From: Patescibacteria group bacterium | GTDB lineage: Bacteria; Patescibacteriota; Minisyncoccia; Phycocordibacterales; JAKFXT01 | Length of the DNA: 25,952 bases | Assembly: GCA_038062775.1 (NCBI GenBank) | Contig: JBBTWL010000077.1 | Location: forward strand, 1 to 25,952 | Direction of reading: 5' to 3' | Part shown: in pieces, positions 23,232 through 25,952 of the stretch | Layout: every line of letters begins with the position of its first letter | Numbering within the stretch: the first letter of the stretch is position 1 | Notes under the pieces: model-generated | What the model saw: only the letters and a program-made list of their open reading frames with translations | Told to the model about the DNA's origin: nothing | Database searches by the model: none | Translations under genes and position numbers: made by a program

Positions 23232-23882
23232 ATGCTGGATGCTATTTTTTATTTTGCCGAGCACCTTATCCGTTCCTTCGGGCCTTTGGGTGTTTTTTTC
23301 GCTTCTTTTATTGAAGAGGTTATTGTTCCTATTCCTTCAACGCTCATCATGTCTTTCGCGGGGGCGGTATTTTTGAACGGACTTTCTGGTTTCGATTTTT
23401 TCTTTGGGCTTATTTTTTTTGTGGCGCTTCCGGTCTCTCTTGGACTCACACTCGGATCGAGCGTTCTCTATGCCTTCTTTTATTTTGTCGGAAGACCGGG
23501 GATAGAAAAGTATGGGAAATTCTTCGGGCTTTCTTGGAAAGATGTCGAAAAAATTTCTCAAAAACTTGAAAAATCCGGGCGTAATTCATATGCGCTTTTT
23601 TTCCTTCGGGCGACTCCTTTTGTTCCCAGCGCGGTGTTGAACGCTTTTTGCGGAGTTATCCGCTGGAAGTACCGAAGTTTTGCTTTCATTACTTTTGTCG
23701 GAACCTTTATTCGAGCGTCTATTTTGGGGTCTCTTGGATTTTTCTTGGGGGTGGCCGCTGTTCGGGTTTCTCATATCTTCAAAACTCTTGAAGACGATAT
23801 ATTTATTCTCTCCGGAGTTATTTTTCTCGCCTTCCTTTTTTTCTGGAGGAAAAGACGAAAGAGAAAAATACTGGTAGAATAA
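23232..23882 (+). CDS. DedA/VTT-family membrane protein
   Basis: FIEEVIVPIPS, GLTLGSSVLY..GR, LFFLRATPFVP, FVGTFIR, and a basic C-terminal tail. Confidence 0.8.
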   Translation: MLDAIFYFAEHLIRSFGPLGVFFASFIEEVIVPIPSTLIMSFAGAVFLNGLSGFDFFFGLIFFVALPVSLGLTLGSSVLYAFFYFVGRPGIEKYGKFFGLSWKDVEKISQKLEKSGRNSYALFFLRATPFVPSAVLNAFCGVIRWKYRSFAFITFVGTFIRASILGSLGFFLGVAAVRVSHIFKTLEDDIFILSGVIFLAFLFFWRKRRKRKILVE

Positions 23883-23887
23883 AAAAA

Positions 23888-24337
23888 ATGCGAAAAAATA
23901 CATTCCGGTTTTTCGACCAGCTTGAAGACCGCATCCGCGGGCGACTCTCGCGATTTCCTATTTTGTATTCTTTTATCGGGGCAGTGGGGATTGTGTTGTT
24001 TTGGAGAGGGGTGTGGCTTATGGCGGATCATATTCCCGTTCCCGCGTTTATTCCAGATGAATTTCTGACTTTTTCTTCCGGATTTATTTCCTTTGCGATT
24101 GGATTGGCTCTCCTTCTTCTCACCGGGCTTTTTGTTTCCTTTTTTGTGGGGGACTCTATTCTTATCTCTGGAATTCGAAACGAGAAAAAACTTATTGAAA
24201 AAACGGAAGAAGAAGTTCAGGCCGAGAGTACTCTTATCCGATCTCTTTCAGGGGAAGTGGAAAAGGAGAATGAAAAACTTATTACTATCCAGAAGGAAAT
24301 TTCGGAAATAAAAACTCTCATTACACAAAGAAAATGA
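23888..24337 (+). CDS. Hypothetical membrane protein with a C-terminal coiled-coil-like tail
   Basis: Two hydrophobic segments (ILYSFIGAVGIVLFWRGVW; FISFAIGLALLLLTGLFVSFFVG) then a charged heptad-like tail. ATGA overlap with the next gene. Confidence 0.7.
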   Translation: MRKNTFRFFDQLEDRIRGRLSRFPILYSFIGAVGIVLFWRGVWLMADHIPVPAFIPDEFLTFSSGFISFAIGLALLLLTGLFVSFFVGDSILISGIRNEKKLIEKTEEEVQAESTLIRSLSGEVEKENEKLITIQKEISEIKTLITQRK

Positions 24338-24672
24338 AATTTATCTTCAAAATATTCATCATCGCTTTGGTAGTTCTTGGTATTGCCCAGTATTCGATTA
24401 TTCCAGGGATTTCCGTTTCAAGTTTCGCTGGGGCGCTTCTTTTTTCCTTTGTTCTTGCGGGAGTCAATGTTTTAGTTCGCCCCCTTCTTTTTATTTTGAC
24501 TCTTCCCATCACACTGCTCACCTTAGGCCTCTTTTCTTTTGTCCTCAATGCTTTGATGTTTCTCTTTGCCTCAACTTTGGTCTCTGGGGTAGTAGTCGCG
24601 GGATTCCTCCCAGCTTTCCTTTGCTCACTCCTTGTTTCTCTCATCTCGTCTCTTGCCAACAAGCTTCCCTGA
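24334..24672 (+). CDS. Four-TM 'phage holin family' (YvlD-like) membrane protein
   Basis: PGISVSSF..AL, VNVLVRPLLFILTLPITLLTLGLFSFVLNALM, GFLPAFL signature. Confidence 0.85.
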   Translation: MKFIFKIFIIALVVLGIAQYSIIPGISVSSFAGALLFSFVLAGVNVLVRPLLFILTLPITLLTLGLFSFVLNALMFLFASTLVSGVVVAGFLPAFLCSLLVSLISSLANKLP

Positions 24673-24726
24673 CTCTTTTTTTGCTCTTTTCTTGATTAAT
24701 CCCCAAGGTAAGGTACCCTTCGGAAG

Positions 24727-25653
24727 ATGAAAAAAGTAGTTACTCATAGCGGGAATTTCCACACGGATGAGCTTTTGGCCGTGGCAATCTTGAGGCTTAC
24801 CTTTCCGGAGCCATTTGAAATTATTCGAAGCCGAGAGGTAGAAGTGATTCAGTCTGGAGATTTTGCGATTGATGTGGGGGGAATATATGACCCTCCGCAT
24901 GGCCGTTTTGATCATCATCAGGAAGGGGGAGCAGGGAAAAGAAAGAATGGAATTTTGTACTCCTCTTTTTCTTTGGTTTGGAAAGAGTTTGGAGGGAAAG
25001 CTATCAAAGCTTTAGCAAAAAAGCATTCAGTAGAAATAAGCGAAGATCAAACTCAAGATATTTGGAACAGTATTGATGAACATCTGGGAGCTCCCATTGA
25101 CGCGCATGATGTGGGGATGGAAACCGTTTCGCCCGTCTTTGACGGAGTGTATCCCTATTTGGCGCACAATGTTTTCAGCGCATTTCATCCGACGTGGATT
25201 GAAGAGAAAACCTATGACGAAGCGTTTATTGAAGCTCTTCAAGTAGCAATAAAAACTTTATCAGGAGAAATTGTTCATCGTTTGGCGGAGAAGAAGGCGG
25301 AAGAAGAGGTGCTTTCTGTGTACGAAAAAGCGGAAGATAAGAGACTTATTATTCTGGAAAAGAAGTTTCCGTGGAAGGGAATTTTGAGTCGCTTTCCCGA
25401 GCCCCTTTTTGTTGTTGAGCCTGATTTGACCCCATCGCTTTGGAAAGTAGGGGCTGTTCGGGACGACAGGCACAGCTTCAAGAATAGAAAAAGCTTTCCG
25501 CTTACGTGGGCAGGAAAAAACGGGGAGGAGTTTAAGAATTTGACTGGAGTTTTTGGCGCTGTTTTTTGTCATAATGCTCGGTTTGTTGCCATCGCGAAAT
25601 CAAAGGAAGGAGCTATCGCTTTAGCCCGTCTTGCCGTAGACTCCTCAAACTAA
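24727..25653 (+). CDS. Myg1-family protein (DHH-superfamily nuclease-like)
   Basis: VTHSGNFHTDE, DVGGIYDP, RFDHHQ, IDAHDVG, RKSFPLTWAG, VFCHNARF. Confidence 0.88.
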   Translation: MKKVVTHSGNFHTDELLAVAILRLTFPEPFEIIRSREVEVIQSGDFAIDVGGIYDPPHGRFDHHQEGGAGKRKNGILYSSFSLVWKEFGGKAIKALAKKHSVEISEDQTQDIWNSIDEHLGAPIDAHDVGMETVSPVFDGVYPYLAHNVFSAFHPTWIEEKTYDEAFIEALQVAIKTLSGEIVHRLAEKKAEEEVLSVYEKAEDKRLIILEKKFPWKGILSRFPEPLFVVEPDLTPSLWKVGAVRDDRHSFKNRKSFPLTWAGKNGEEFKNLTGVFGAVFCHNARFVAIAKSKEGAIALARLAVDSSN

Positions 25654-25662
25654 GCCTTTTTA

Positions 25663-25697
25663 CTACCAGCTACCTTCTACTCACTACCCACTAATTT
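25663..25697 (+). repeat. Five degenerate heptamers in the obgE leader
   Basis: CTACCAG CTACCTT CTACTCA CTACCCA CTAATTT, then T and the ATG. Confidence 0.7.
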
Positions 25698-25698
25698 T

Positions 25699-25952
25699 AT
25701 GGCTTTTATTGACGAACTAAAACTCTACCTCAAAGCTGGAGATGGCGGGGACGGAGTGGTGCGCTGGCGTCATGATAAGGGGAACGAGTTTGCGGGACCT
25801 TCTGGTGGAAATGGCGGTAAGGGGGGGGACGTCTTTGTTCTTGGAGTTCGGGATATAGGAAAGCTTTAGCAGTATCGTCACGTAAAAGAATTTTTTTCCG
25901 AACGGGGAGGAGACGGAATGAAAGATAGTATGCATGGCAAAAATGGTGAGGA
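25699..25952 (+). CDS. obgE: GTPase ObgE/CgtA, N-terminal part, containing an in-frame TAG; runs off the window
   Basis: Manual translation: [83 protein letters not shown]. The glycine-rich Obg fold continues in the same frame past TAG 25867-25869. Confidence 0.9.

Noticed and set aside
24334-24672. Prophage inferred from the holin-family gene
   Set aside because: This 4-TM family is common on chromosomes; no endolysin, integrase or structural phage genes are nearby.
1-25952. tRNA, rRNA, CRISPR array, IS transposase, integron attC, JUMPstart/ops element
   Set aside because: No intergenic space of suitable size or matching pattern was found by eye.

Overview
Bacterial chromosomal window in two parts. 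The gene style and content suggest Patescibacteria/CPR (Parcubacteria-like); this is an inference from the right-hand gene set and the mostly Shine-Dalgarno-free starts, not a verified assignment. Left part (1-14685): a nonulosonic-acid (pseudaminic/legionaminic-type) surface-glycan cluster. It has pseB, pseC, an SpsF-type cytidylyltransferase and an SpsE/NeuB-type synthase. It also has an unusually large tailoring set: four SAM methyltransferases, a KdnA-like class III aminotransferase, an aldo/keto reductase, a WbqC-family protein, a PhyH-type dioxygenase, a formyltransferase-DUF218 fusion and an orphan GT-B-like protein. An EamA-like transporter interrupts it on the opposite strand. Middle (14749-17109): minus-strand SDR and radical SAM genes, each with its own promoter-like box, SD and terminator, then a small unannotated zinc-ribbon ORF with an in-frame TGA. 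Right part (17151-25952): glycerate 2-kinase, ppsA, a D-2-hydroxyacid dehydrogenase and enolase, followed by DedA, a membrane protein, a holin-family membrane protein, Myg1 and the 5' end of obgE. Signals not shown by the ORF track: a 22-bp inverted repeat that pairs with the dehydrogenase start codon (20919-21051), an in-frame TAG inside obgE (25867-25869), the TGA-interrupted zinc ribbon (16948-17109), and divergent promoters sharing one -35 box (7322-7372). No rRNA, tRNA, CRISPR array or transposase was seen. All calls come from motifs read by eye; no searches were run.
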